Virus record (IMG/VR): IMGVR_UViG_3300032237_000364
Coordinates: 1-52,047 of that record
Length of the DNA stretch: 52,047 bases
Source of the DNA: a virus
Lineage: Duplodnaviria; Caudoviricetes
Direction: 5' to 3' (one strand)
A program made the position numbers and the translations under genes. Below, in pieces: positions 1 to 10,037 of this stretch. The notes beneath the pieces are model-generated. The model saw only the letters and a list, made by a program, of their open reading frames with translations. It did no database searches and was not told the origin of the DNA. The stretch's first letter is position 1, and each line of letters begins with the position of its first letter.

Positions 1-2553
1 ATTAAACGAATAAAACCAGCTATAAAATATAGCGGTAGCCTCGTTCAGCAAGGATACGCCGAATCTTTGTATCACGGAATGTTGGTATGGGATACTGCTA
101 CAAAAACTTCAGAGTTCGTAACCATACCAAATGACATTTGTTATTACACTGTAGAAGTTGATAGTGGCAAGCATGCAGCAATTCCTGATGATTTGAAAGA
201 TAAAACTATACGACTTCGTATTAAATCTTTAAATACCGATGCAGCAGAGTTGAAAAAAGTTCTTGCTAAAATAAAAACTAAATTCAATATTGAAGAGTTT
301 ACCATACAAAAAATAAATGACTTCAGTACTAATAAAAATCGTGTACAAAAGATTAATATTGGCGATGTACGAGACATTGAATATCAAAATGAACTTATAG
401 CAAAGTATCTGGAAAATAAATTTGCTTTGGACGATGATATGTTAGACGGAGTTCGTCACGTAAATCGTACAGTAAATACTAATTTACCTAAACTGGAATA
501 CAACAGAAATGTATCTTGGATACCAAAGCGATTTGAATTTTCAAATATGTTTTCTTATGGTGAAGACAATGTAATTGACTTTACTAACATGCAGGGCGTG
601 TATGGTATATTTGCTCCGAACGCGTCAGGTAAATCTACATTGTTAGACGCTATTACTTTTTGCATATTTGACAAATGTGGCAGAACTTCAAATGCGGCGT
701 CTGTATTAAACAATAAATCTAGTTCATTTAACTGCAAATTTAACTTTGAACTTGCTGGTAAAAACTATTTCATCGAAAAGAAAGGAGTTAAAGGAAGAGG
801 TGACCACGTACGAGTTACAGTTAACTTTTACACTTTAGATGATTTAGGAAATGAAGAATCTTTAAATGGTAAAGAGCGTAGCGAAACCAATAAGCATATA
901 CGTAACATTTTAGGCACGTATGAAGACTTCGTGTTAACAGCGTTGTCAGTGCAAAACAACAATTCCGGTTTCATTGACATGGCTCAGAAAGATAGAAAAG
1001 ATTTACTAGCTTCTTTCCTAGATATAAATGTCTTTGAACAGTTGTACAATGCAGCGAATGAAGATATTAAAGAAGTAGCTATTTTGTTAAAGGAATATCA
1101 AAGGCAAGACTTTGCTTCGAAACTGGCGCGGGCATGTACAGATATAGAAACTTACACAGCAGAACACAAAGATTATCAGTTAGATAAAAATGTTTTGGAA
1201 GCAAAGATTAAAAGTCTGGAAAGTGAGATATTACAGGTAACTTCTGAACTGATTCCAATAGATAAATACATAGAAGACATCAGTGTTTTAAACGCTGCAA
1301 AGACTCGTGCCGAACAAGAATTGACTGCGCTGAATTCAGATTTTGAATTGTCTACGAACCGATTAACTGCCATTGATAATAAGATTGTGGAGCTGACAAC
1401 TTCTTTAGATTCTTACGATATTACAGACATTCAAAATAAAATTAACTCGCTGTCAGAATTGAAAGATGAAGAAAGAATATTGTATGCTCAGGTAGAGACT
1501 TTGAAGACTGAAGTTCGTCTCAAGCTTGAAAAAATGAAAAAGCTAGATGATTTGACTTACGATGAAAATTGTCCATATTGCATGGACAACGTGTTTGTAA
1601 AAGACGCCATCAATACCAAAGCTTCTATAGAGACGGACAAAGCAACTGCGTCTGCATTAGTAGAAAAGCTGTTGAGAGTAAAAGAATCTATTACAACATA
1701 TTCTAAGTATACTGAACTTAAAGAAGCACATCAGAAACTTACACAAACCATACAACAAGCTAAAGTTACTAAAGGAACTATAGCAACTTCAGTACATCAA
1801 GCAGAATCGAAAATGCATCAGACAAAACTTAAACTGTCAGATGTGGAAAGAAAAATATCTGAATATCATACAAAAGAGTCTGCTATTGAATCCAATAAAA
1901 AACTTAAGATACAAATAGCTGACTTAACTAATGATTTAGAATTGAACAAAGAAGAGTTAGATAGACTTGTCAATTTAATTGTACAATGTCATTCACATAT
2001 ATTGTTAGCAGAAAAAATCAAATCTGATAGTGAAGATTCCATAGCTAAGTTAAAAGAATATGAGCAGCGATACAAATTCTATCAATATTATCTAGAAGCT
2101 GTTAATCGAGACGGCGTTCCATACGATTTAATAACTACCGCAGTTCCATACATTGAACAGGAAATCAACAACATTTTAACACAGTTAGTTGACTTTAATT
2201 TGATGTTGGAAATGGATGGTAAGAACATTAACTGTTACATTGTATATGACCAAGACAACTATTGGTCAATAGAATTGACATCTGGTATGGAAAAGTTCAT
2301 TTCGTCGCTTGCTATACGAACTGCATTGATTAACATATCTTCATTGCCTAGACCAAATTTCTTGGCTATTGATGAAGGACTAGGAAATTTAGATTCGGAA
2401 TTTTTAGTTGAATTTGGAAATTTATTAAATTATTTAGAAACGCAATTTACTTTCGTTGTAATGATTAGTCATATTGAAGCATCGCGTGATATGGTTAAAA
2501 CATTAATAGAAATAACTAAATCTAATGGGTTTTCACATATTAACTTTCAATAG
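1..2553 (+). CDS. SbcD/SbcC (Mre11-Rad50, T4 gp47/gp46-like) recombination nuclease-ATPase, apparently fused; 5' truncated by the window edge
   Basis: Frame is open from nt 1 (IKRIKPAIKYSGSLVQQGYAE, an SbcD-type YSGS motif). It continues through Walker A APNASGKST, a long coiled coil with zinc hook CPYC, signature LTSGMEK, Walker B/D-loop LAIDEGLGNLD and H-loop ISH. Confidence 0.9.
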   Translation: MKRIKPAIKYSGSLVQQGYAESLYHGMLVWDTATKTSEFVTIPNDICYYTVEVDSGKHAAIPDDLKDKTIRLRIKSLNTDAAELKKVLAKIKTKFNIEEFTIQKINDFSTNKNRVQKINIGDVRDIEYQNELIAKYLENKFALDDDMLDGVRHVNRTVNTNLPKLEYNRNVSWIPKRFEFSNMFSYGEDNVIDFTNMQGVYGIFAPNASGKSTLLDAITFCIFDKCGRTSNAASVLNNKSSSFNCKFNFELAGKNYFIEKKGVKGRGDHVRVTVNFYTLDDLGNEESLNGKERSETNKHIRNILGTYEDFVLTALSVQNNNSGFIDMAQKDRKDLLASFLDINVFEQLYNAANEDIKEVAILLKEYQRQDFASKLARACTDIETYTAEHKDYQLDKNVLEAKIKSLESEILQVTSELIPIDKYIEDISVLNAAKTRAEQELTALNSDFELSTNRLTAIDNKIVELTTSLDSYDITDIQNKINSLSELKDEERILYAQVETLKTEVRLKLEKMKKLDDLTYDENCPYCMDNVFVKDAINTKASIETDKATASALVEKLLRVKESITTYSKYTELKEAHQKLTQTIQQAKVTKGTIATSVHQAESKMHQTKLKLSDVERKISEYHTKESAIESNKKLKIQIADLTNDLELNKEELDRLVNLIVQCHSHILLAEKIKSDSEDSIAKLKEYEQRYKFYQYYLEAVNRDGVPYDLITTAVPYIEQEINNILTQLVDFNLMLEMDGKNINCYIVYDQDNYWSIELTSGMEKFISSLAIRTALINISSLPRPNFLAIDEGLGNLDSEFLVEFGNLLNYLETQFTFVVMISHIEASRDMVKTLIEITKSNGFSHINFQ

Positions 2554-2580
2554 TTTTTTCAATAGTTTTTTCAATAGTTA
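2545..2580 (+). repeat. Three tandem copies of a 12-nt unit (TTTCAATAGTTT) overlapping the gp46-like stop codon
   Basis: tttcaatagttt tttcaatagttt tttcaatagtta read directly. Confidence 0.85.
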
Positions 2581-2597
2581 TATATTTATATTAGACA

Positions 2598-2744
2598 ATG
2601 GGACGCAAAAAGAAATACCTTACGGAAGAAGATAAGAAATTAGCTCAGCAGCGTTGGGTTCGTGAGTATTATGCACGTAACAGAGAAAAATTAAATAAAA
2701 AAGCTAAAGATGGATACTATGAAAGAAACTGTAAATCCATATGA
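2598..2744 (+). CDS. Small basic protein (48 aa) overlapping the start of the downstream endonuclease; not in the ORF track
   Basis: Manual translation MGRKKKYLTEEDKKLAQQRWVREYYARNREKLNKKAKDGYYERNCKSI; homologue at 17846; TATTTATA motif at 2583. Confidence 0.75.
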   Translation: MGRKKKYLTEEDKKLAQQRWVREYYARNREKLNKKAKDGYYERNCKSI

Positions 2745-3519
2745 TAGAAATGAGTTGATCACTTGCTTAGAATGTAATAAACAATTGCGGCAAATTACAC
2801 AAAAACATTTAATTAAGTGTAGTGGCATTACAATTGAAATATATAAACAAAGGCATAGCAATTGTAAATTACGTACGGACTGGCATTCATTTAAAATCCA
2901 ACAATTAAACTCAAAACATAAATCCGGTGCTTCTAATCCAATGAAAAATTTGGTACATTTAACTAAAATGAAAGAGTGCCAACTACTCGCAGTTCAGAAA
3001 CAAGAATATCGAGATAAGGTTAGTAGACGCCAAAAATTATGTAATAACAACCCTAACTTTAGTAAGACATGGTTGGGTAGAAAACATAAAAAAGAAAGTA
3101 TTGATAAAATGCGTAATACACAAATACTTCGCCGTGCTCGTAAGGGATTATCAAACAAATTTAAACCAAATTTTAATTTAGACGCATGCATTATTTTTGA
3201 TATGATAGCAAAAATGACAAACACTTATATAATGCATGGAATGAATGGCGGCGAATACAATATTACAGAATTGGGGTATTGGGTAGACGGATATGATAAA
3301 GAAAATAATATTGTTTATGAGTTCGATGAACCTAGGCACTTTAACAAAGACGGTGCATTGAATGAACGTGATGTCGTACGACAAAAAAATATTGAAGATT
3401 ATTTGCATTGTACATTTATACGATTAAATGAATCACACATTGAATCTATGAGAGATGTTGTTGATAAATTGATAGAAATCACCAAAACCAACGGAAGTTC
3501 GAAGATATCCTTTGAATAG
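2719..3519 (+). CDS. Putative free-standing homing endonuclease (zinc finger, NUMOD3-like segment, PD-(D/E)XK/DUF559-like domain); alternative start at 2710
   Basis: CLEC..HLIKC zinc-finger-like N-terminus, GRKHKKESIDKMR (NUMOD3-like), YWVDGYDKENNIVYEFDEPRH nuclease-like motif. Confidence 0.7.
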   Translation: MKETVNPYDRNELITCLECNKQLRQITQKHLIKCSGITIEIYKQRHSNCKLRTDWHSFKIQQLNSKHKSGASNPMKNLVHLTKMKECQLLAVQKQEYRDKVSRRQKLCNNNPNFSKTWLGRKHKKESIDKMRNTQILRRARKGLSNKFKPNFNLDACIIFDMIAKMTNTYIMHGMNGGEYNITELGYWVDGYDKENNIVYEFDEPRHFNKDGALNERDVVRQKNIEDYLHCTFIRLNESHIESMRDVVDKLIEITKTNGSSKISFE

Positions 3520-3548
3520 ATATTTATATAAAATAGATATCTTACATA

Positions 3549-5822
3549 ATGGCTAAAAAGGAAGTAGTTTATCAAGGCCTTGCCGAATTACCAGTTATAA
3601 TTGACGATACCTCTGTAAATTCTCCGGATTATTTTAGAGTAACTAAATTACCAACAGAATTTACAGCAGGTATCAATGTATTTGAATTTAAAGGAAATCC
3701 TTCTTTATTTCGAGAAGGTGTACATATATATGTCGAAGTTTTAGATTCTAACGGAGAACCAGTTTATTACGAAACTAATTTAGATTTAGAATCGGAAAGT
3801 CAATCCGCAATCATTTCAGTTTTTATTGATTCGGATACAAGGCCTGGTAATGGTACAATAGCTATTTGTAGTACAGCGTATAAAGATGCTGTTGGCAATA
3901 AATTACCTACTTCAAAAATTAACGTTAGATGGTCTTCGAAAATTTTCATAGATCCCTCTAAAAGGAATGCTTCGGAAATTGTATTCGGCGCATTGCCCGC
4001 AGTCACAATATTCGGTACTACTGGTTCATACACCAATTTAGGATATCCGGGCGGAAATAAGTTTGTTACGTCTGAGATACATAATCTACAGTATTTGTAT
4101 CGTAACACGACTCCGTTATTAATAACGTCTTCTTTATCTACTACTGGATTTGATACAACTGCTTTAGGAGCATCAGTTAACATCACATACAACAATCTGA
4201 CAGATAACAATCCAGTAGCGTTTGGAACTGTAAATACTTCTTCAGCATATACGTCTGTTATAACTGCAATTTCTAGCAGTGGAATTGCATTTTTATCCGA
4301 TCCTATAGACTTTCCAGTTTACAATAGTAATTCTGTATATCAATTATCGTCTGCAACAGTTGTAACGGCGTCGATCGCATACGAGCAGTCAGCGTCGTTA
4401 AGCTCAGACGTTACACAAAATACACACAATTTAGTAATCGCATACTTTGCCGGTCTACAGCCGCAAATAGGCACTGTTAGTAAAATTCGCTCATATTATC
4501 GTTCAGCGGGGGTCGGAGAATATATATTTTCCAATGAAACGGATGTTACGGGCCAAGCACCTGAATATGGGTTCACTGCTGATGTGATATCCGCTTCTTT
4601 TGCAGTACATACTGTGCACAGGAATGACCATTTAGATTTCAAATTTGAATTTGTCAATCCGTACGGCTCAGTTTCTAAACAAGTAGTTGAATCCCTAAAC
4701 AATTTATTTTTAGGAGGTAATACATACATCGGCGGAAAAGACAATCTTTTAACAGGTTCTTTATATGTAGCAGGTTCCACTGGAACTGGTGTAGAAATCA
4801 CTGGAGAAGGAAACTCTGCAATGGTTCGGTCAATAGGATATACCGGATTCCATAACGCAGTGAGTGGTTCTGGTGCAGGAGGTTTTGTTATGTATTCAGG
4901 GTCTATTCAACCTGTATTAGGTTCATATGAAACATATACTGGGGTCGGGTTGGAACTTGTAGCTAATTCCAGTTCATACTTTAAATATCAAACGTCTGGA
5001 TCGGGATTGTTAGATATACGTACATCAAATTTCTTTTTAGGTAATTCATCTTCATACATATCTGAAGTTAATGGGGCCATGACTATATACACTCCATACT
5101 TCACAGTTTCCACTGTAGGAGTTGTAACAGCATCTGCATTACATGTAGAAAAGTCATACACTGTTAACAGTATTGATTACAATGCTATTATGATTGATAC
5201 CACACAAGGTATTTTAGATGCAAAAAATCTTGGAAGAAATTTATACAATTCAATGAACGAGTATGTTACGCAGTCTTTTATATCCGGCAGTACGTGGCAA
5301 TATTTTCCCGGCCCAACTTTTGTATTTCAGGGACTTCCGAATGAGTTTCGATATACAGTATCTTATCAACAAAGATTACAGACAGGCGCCGGCACTTTTG
5401 GGACTTCTCTCTATCCTAGAAGTTTTTTAAGATTTAGACTGTATTCATGTAACTCTGGAAGTACAGGATATGATGATAGCAATTTTACTTTAGTATCTAC
5501 AAATATTGAAACTGGGTCATATACATCTAGGGTTCCGGCGGGAATTATAGTTTACACTGGAAGTAATTCTATAAAAGATTATACATTTTCTGAAGATATA
5601 AATTTACTGGACAGAGGCATTGATTTGTCAGGTTCGTTAGCACAGTATCAAGGAAAACTGTTCAAAGGAGTTATAGATTTTGCAATTTCTACTAATAATA
5701 TATCAGCATCTGGTTCAGTAACATCTTCATTTAAAAATATTTGTGTTAACGGTTCTCGTGGTATGAGTGGTATTTGGAATGGAGAATTCAGCCCTCCGGT
5801 AAATTTATTTCCATCACTTTAA
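3549..5822 (+). CDS. Putative virion structural protein (tail/baseplate, beta-rich)
   Basis: 757 aa, Ser/Thr/Gly rich, adjacent to a tail fibre gene, promoter-like motif at 3521. Confidence 0.55.
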   Translation: MAKKEVVYQGLAELPVIIDDTSVNSPDYFRVTKLPTEFTAGINVFEFKGNPSLFREGVHIYVEVLDSNGEPVYYETNLDLESESQSAIISVFIDSDTRPGNGTIAICSTAYKDAVGNKLPTSKINVRWSSKIFIDPSKRNASEIVFGALPAVTIFGTTGSYTNLGYPGGNKFVTSEIHNLQYLYRNTTPLLITSSLSTTGFDTTALGASVNITYNNLTDNNPVAFGTVNTSSAYTSVITAISSSGIAFLSDPIDFPVYNSNSVYQLSSATVVTASIAYEQSASLSSDVTQNTHNLVIAYFAGLQPQIGTVSKIRSYYRSAGVGEYIFSNETDVTGQAPEYGFTADVISASFAVHTVHRNDHLDFKFEFVNPYGSVSKQVVESLNNLFLGGNTYIGGKDNLLTGSLYVAGSTGTGVEITGEGNSAMVRSIGYTGFHNAVSGSGAGGFVMYSGSIQPVLGSYETYTGVGLELVANSSSYFKYQTSGSGLLDIRTSNFFLGNSSSYISEVNGAMTIYTPYFTVSTVGVVTASALHVEKSYTVNSIDYNAIMIDTTQGILDAKNLGRNLYNSMNEYVTQSFISGSTWQYFPGPTFVFQGLPNEFRYTVSYQQRLQTGAGTFGTSLYPRSFLRFRLYSCNSGSTGYDDSNFTLVSTNIETGSYTSRVPAGIIVYTGSNSIKDYTFSEDINLLDRGIDLSGSLAQYQGKLFKGVIDFAISTNNISASGSVTSSFKNICVNGSRGMSGIWNGEFSPPVNLFPSL

Positions 5823-5890
5823 ATGTAATGAATTTCATCTGTTTATTTTACTATGAAAATAATTATTAATAAATAATCAATATTCATACA

Positions 5891-8062
5891 ATGCCAAATA
5901 CTGTTAAAGATTTATCAAACCAGTACGCATCACAATCATATCAGTCACTGACGCAGTATTCTAGCTCAGGTGTAATGTATGATGGTCTTGCAAATCCAAT
6001 AACAAAAATTGTCGTAACATCTATTACGGCTTCGCTTAACGGTAACGCTTCTACAGCAACTACCGCATCTTATGCATTGAATTCTCCTGCGACGTCTGTA
6101 ACACCCGGTGGGTCTACAACTTACATTCAATTTAATTCTAGTTCTGCTTTTGGAGGAGACCAAGCATTGACATTTAATACTGTTACCAAAGCATTTGTAC
6201 ACGGGGCTTCAAACTTCGCAGTTGGAAATTATTCACACGCTGTGGGACAAGGGTCTGTCGCGTCTGGATCGTATCAAACTGTTGTTGGCAAGTTTAATAA
6301 AAAGAACAACTCAGCTTCTTTATTTATTATAGGTAACGGCTCTAACGATTCTTCTAGAAGTGATTTGTTAATAGCAAATTCTTCAGGATTGATTGTTTCT
6401 GGAAATTTAATAGTTACTTCTGGAATAACAGGGTCTTTGTCAGGATTGTCAACATCAGCATCTTATGCAGTTAGCGCATCATACTCTGCAAAGTCTATGT
6501 CAAGTTCATATTCAGAGACATCGACATCAAGCTCATATTCATTAACAGCATCATACGCTGTCAATGTCCCTGCCAGTACAGCAGCTGGTTCAAACACCCA
6601 TGTACAATTTAACTCAGCTTCTATATTGCAAGGTGATGTTGCTTTTACATTTGGACCTTTGACAAAGGGATTGGCGAATGGGTATGGTGTAGTAGCCATT
6701 GGAATATATTCACACGCTGAAGGAAGCAATACACAAGCAACTGGTTACTATTCACACGCCGAGGGCTCTGGCTCAACAACATCAGGCGACTATTCACACG
6801 CCGAAGGTAAAAATAACTTAGCATCCGGCAACTATTCTCATGCCGAAGGCGAGGCTGCAAGAGCTCAAGGAATTGGTTCGCATGTGGAAGGCTCGACTAC
6901 ATTAACTACCGGGGTTTTTGCACATGCTGAGGGGTATGCCACTTCTGGGTCTGGTAACTATTCACACGCCGAAGGATATGCTACACGAGGAACGGGAATT
7001 TCATCACACGCCGAAGGCTATCAAACCGTTGCAGGCGGCGGATATTCACACGCCGAAGGATATACTACACAAGCAATAGGAATTTCATCACACGCTGAAG
7101 GGTATCAAACCATTGCAACTGGTTACTATTCGCATGCGGAAGGAAGCAATACACAAGCAACTGGTTACTATTCACACGCCGAGGGCGCTGGCTCAACAAC
7201 ATCAGGCGACTATTCACACGCTGAAGGGAATGCTACACAAGCAATAGGTACCTATTCACACGCTGAAGGAAGTCAAAACATTGCGTCGGGTTCATATTCG
7301 TTTGCAGCAGGATATCAAAATACTGTAAACGCTGACGGCGCCGCTGCGTTTGGTTCTGTAAGTAATATTGGCTCGTCGGCTATCGGCTCGTTCTCAGCCG
7401 CAAACGGGGCTAGCATCTCAGGTTCTTACACCGCTGTTTTCGGAAGGTATAATACTAACGCATCCGGCTCCGGAGAACTAATAGTAGGTAATGGCATAGC
7501 TAGTGCAAGAAGTAATGCATTTAGGGTATCTTCTACCGGAGCCTGTTATTCAGGAACTACATTTAATAATGGGGGTGCTGACTATTCTGAATATTTTGAA
7601 GCTGACGGCTCGTGTAATACAATTAAAATTCCTACCGGAGTCGTAGTGGAGTTGAATGGATATAAAATACGTCCATGCACAGATAAGGCAAATGCTATAG
7701 GTGTAATTTCGTCGACACCGACTGTAGTAGGTAATAGCGATGGTGGTACCGGCGACGAGTGGGTAAATAAATATGAAAAAGACGTTTGGGGAAATTACAT
7801 AATGGAAAGTTATTCGTACGAAGAGACTATTGGAATAGATAACAACGGCGCACCAGTGGTACGTACAGTAAATACAGTTCGTAAAAAGCTGAATCCGTTA
7901 TACAATCCAGATGTTGTATATATTCCTAGAGAACAAAGACCTGAATGGAATGTAGTTGGTTTATTAGGTCAAATACGTGTACTTAAAAATCAGCCGATAC
8001 CAGACCGTTGGATTTGGTTGAAAGATTTAAGTTCTGAAGTGGCATTATATTTAGTTAGATAA
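5891..8062 (+). CDS. Tail fibre/spike with YadA-like (Hep/Hag) beta-roll repeats and a C-terminal peptidase G2-type intramolecular chaperone
   Basis: About 14 tandem 14-aa SHAEG repeats; GADYSEYFE and YIPREQRPEWNVVGLLGQIRV motifs typical of the autocleaving G2 chaperone domain. Confidence 0.8.
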   Translation: MPNTVKDLSNQYASQSYQSLTQYSSSGVMYDGLANPITKIVVTSITASLNGNASTATTASYALNSPATSVTPGGSTTYIQFNSSSAFGGDQALTFNTVTKAFVHGASNFAVGNYSHAVGQGSVASGSYQTVVGKFNKKNNSASLFIIGNGSNDSSRSDLLIANSSGLIVSGNLIVTSGITGSLSGLSTSASYAVSASYSAKSMSSSYSETSTSSSYSLTASYAVNVPASTAAGSNTHVQFNSASILQGDVAFTFGPLTKGLANGYGVVAIGIYSHAEGSNTQATGYYSHAEGSGSTTSGDYSHAEGKNNLASGNYSHAEGEAARAQGIGSHVEGSTTLTTGVFAHAEGYATSGSGNYSHAEGYATRGTGISSHAEGYQTVAGGGYSHAEGYTTQAIGISSHAEGYQTIATGYYSHAEGSNTQATGYYSHAEGAGSTTSGDYSHAEGNATQAIGTYSHAEGSQNIASGSYSFAAGYQNTVNADGAAAFGSVSNIGSSAIGSFSAANGASISGSYTAVFGRYNTNASGSGELIVGNGIASARSNAFRVSSTGACYSGTTFNNGGADYSEYFEADGSCNTIKIPTGVVVELNGYKIRPCTDKANAIGVISSTPTVVGNSDGGTGDEWVNKYEKDVWGNYIMESYSYEETIGIDNNGAPVVRTVNTVRKKLNPLYNPDVVYIPREQRPEWNVVGLLGQIRVLKNQPIPDRWIWLKDLSSEVALYLVR

Positions 8063-8073
8063 TAAAATTTAAA

Positions 8074-10017
8074 ATGATAAAAACAATAATCGCAGTATAT
8101 CCGGGAAGGTTTCAGCCATTCGGGGCACATCATGCAGAAGCCTTTGGATGGCTTGAAAAACAATTTGGAATGGGTAAAACTTTCATAGTAACTTCTAATG
8201 CCGTAAACCCCCCAAAAAGTCCCTTTAACTTCGAAGAGAAAAAATCTATAATAAGCACCTATAAGCTAGGAGATAGGCTTGTATTGGTGAAGAATCCATA
8301 TCAAGCGGAGGAGTTAATGAAGCGATACGATCCGGAAACTACAGCAGTTGTATTTATGGTAGGTAAAAAAGACATGGCTGAAGACCCCCGATTTGCAATG
8401 AAGCCGAAGAAAGACGGAAGTCCATCTTACTTCCAGCCATACGAATCAAATAAGAAAAATCTTGAAGGATACAAAAAACAAGGATATTTAATTGTCGCAC
8501 CACACGTTTCAATTAACATTCCAGGATATGGAGAAATGTCGGGCACGCAAGTCAGAAAAGCACTCGGAGACAATTCAAAGTCGCGAGATGAAAAAGGAAT
8601 TTTGTTTAAAGGTATATTTGGCTGGTCACCTAAAGATAATTCTAAATTAGCAGATATGATATTTGATAAATTAGAAGGGTTACACGAATCTTTGTTTTCA
8701 AAAACATGGTGGTCAAATTCATTGAATTTGCAAGAGGAAGATCCTTGTTGGACTGGATATAAACAATATGGTGTGAAAAAGAAAGGAAAGAAAACAGTTC
8801 CTAATTGTGTGCCAGTAGAAGAAGGATATATGGGAGCAAAGCAAACGGAAAAACACAATAAAAAATTGATTAAACTCAAAGATTTTTTAGAAAACAACAC
8901 GGGCAAATCATTTGTATACGACTTCAATCAATTTCCAAAAACAGTATTCGGGGTTCCAATGGAAGATTTAATTGAATCTAGATTGTTAAAAGAGGGTGGT
9001 GCCGGGGGCCATATGCATCACCTTTTCAATATTGAATGGGTACATACTGGTAAAGACTTGGTGAAAGCTTTTCAAATGTCTGTTAACTATTTGGCAAAAG
9101 TTCCAGCGTCGGTTAAGATAGATGGCATCAATGCTTCTATTCGATTAATTACTTTAGATGGTAAAAAGACTTTTGTAATGGACAGAGGTTCTAACAAACC
9201 GCTGGATGTTAAAGGCATTACCAAAGCAGAGTTAGTAGATAGATTTGGGGAAGGTCATGGTATGATTAAAATAGGTGGCACTGTATTGGACATATTTAAT
9301 GAATCTATACCAAAAATAAAACCAGCGTTAAATAAATTAGGACTTTGGGACAATCCAAACATTTTATTCAATATCGAGTATGTAGCGGGGTCGACCAATG
9401 TTCTGGCATACGATAAAAATTTCTTAGCAATACACGGCTTATTAGAAATTGAGCAAGTAACTCCGACCAGAAGAGCTACAAAAGAAATACCATTTAGTAA
9501 GACAGAAATGCAAGATTTGTTAACAAATTTAACACCTGTTGCAAAAACTAAAGGATATGAAGTTTTAGGCTCTGTGCCAACTAAATTAGAAGGTGTCCCA
9601 GACTTGTCAGGAGAGTTAAATAAGACTTATACAGTGCAATTCGGCGACCATGAAGAAACAAAGAAACTTTCACAATGGTTAGCAAAAGCAACTGTTCCGG
9701 AGGTTAATATTAAAACTAAAGATGGCAAAACTATTTCAGCTTTATCTAAAGAAGTTTTAACTAAAATTTTAAGCGGGACTCCATTATCTGATTTTATCAC
9801 AAATCCTAAAGACTATCAAGCAGCTGTAGATGGTTTTGTGATTTATCTGGCTACTATGAAGTTAGGTGATGCAATACTAGCTAAACTTTCCTCGCCGTTA
9901 GGCCCGGTATCTAAACATGAAGGAGTTGTAATCAGAGATAAAAAGATTTCTAAAGATCCGTTTAAAATTACCGGTGCCTTTATATTAAGTGGGCTAGCAA
10001 GTTCTTTTAACAAGTAA
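8074..10017 (+). CDS. Multidomain protein: N-terminal cytidylyltransferase-like (HIGH superfamily) domain, a short Cys module, and a C-terminal conserved phage domain
   Basis: YPGRFQPFGAHH and MSGTQVR motifs; DPCWTGYKQYGVKKKGKKTVPNCVP module; GGAGGHMHH..SVKIDGIN..KHEGVVIRD C-terminal domain with nucleotidyltransferase/ligase-like motifs. Confidence 0.6.
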   Translation: MIKTIIAVYPGRFQPFGAHHAEAFGWLEKQFGMGKTFIVTSNAVNPPKSPFNFEEKKSIISTYKLGDRLVLVKNPYQAEELMKRYDPETTAVVFMVGKKDMAEDPRFAMKPKKDGSPSYFQPYESNKKNLEGYKKQGYLIVAPHVSINIPGYGEMSGTQVRKALGDNSKSRDEKGILFKGIFGWSPKDNSKLADMIFDKLEGLHESLFSKTWWSNSLNLQEEDPCWTGYKQYGVKKKGKKTVPNCVPVEEGYMGAKQTEKHNKKLIKLKDFLENNTGKSFVYDFNQFPKTVFGVPMEDLIESRLLKEGGAGGHMHHLFNIEWVHTGKDLVKAFQMSVNYLAKVPASVKIDGINASIRLITLDGKKTFVMDRGSNKPLDVKGITKAELVDRFGEGHGMIKIGGTVLDIFNESIPKIKPALNKLGLWDNPNILFNIEYVAGSTNVLAYDKNFLAIHGLLEIEQVTPTRRATKEIPFSKTEMQDLLTNLTPVAKTKGYEVLGSVPTKLEGVPDLSGELNKTYTVQFGDHEETKKLSQWLAKATVPEVNIKTKDGKTISALSKEVLTKILSGTPLSDFITNPKDYQAAVDGFVIYLATMKLGDAILAKLSSPLGPVSKHEGVVIRDKKISKDPFKITGAFILSGLASSFNK

Positions 10018-10037
10018 TATTTATTAATAAAGAAATT

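Noticed and set aside
6700-7270. TATTCACACGC(C/T)GA repeats at 42-nt spacing as a CRISPR-like array
   Set aside because: They encode the SHAEG protein repeat and vary at synonymous positions.
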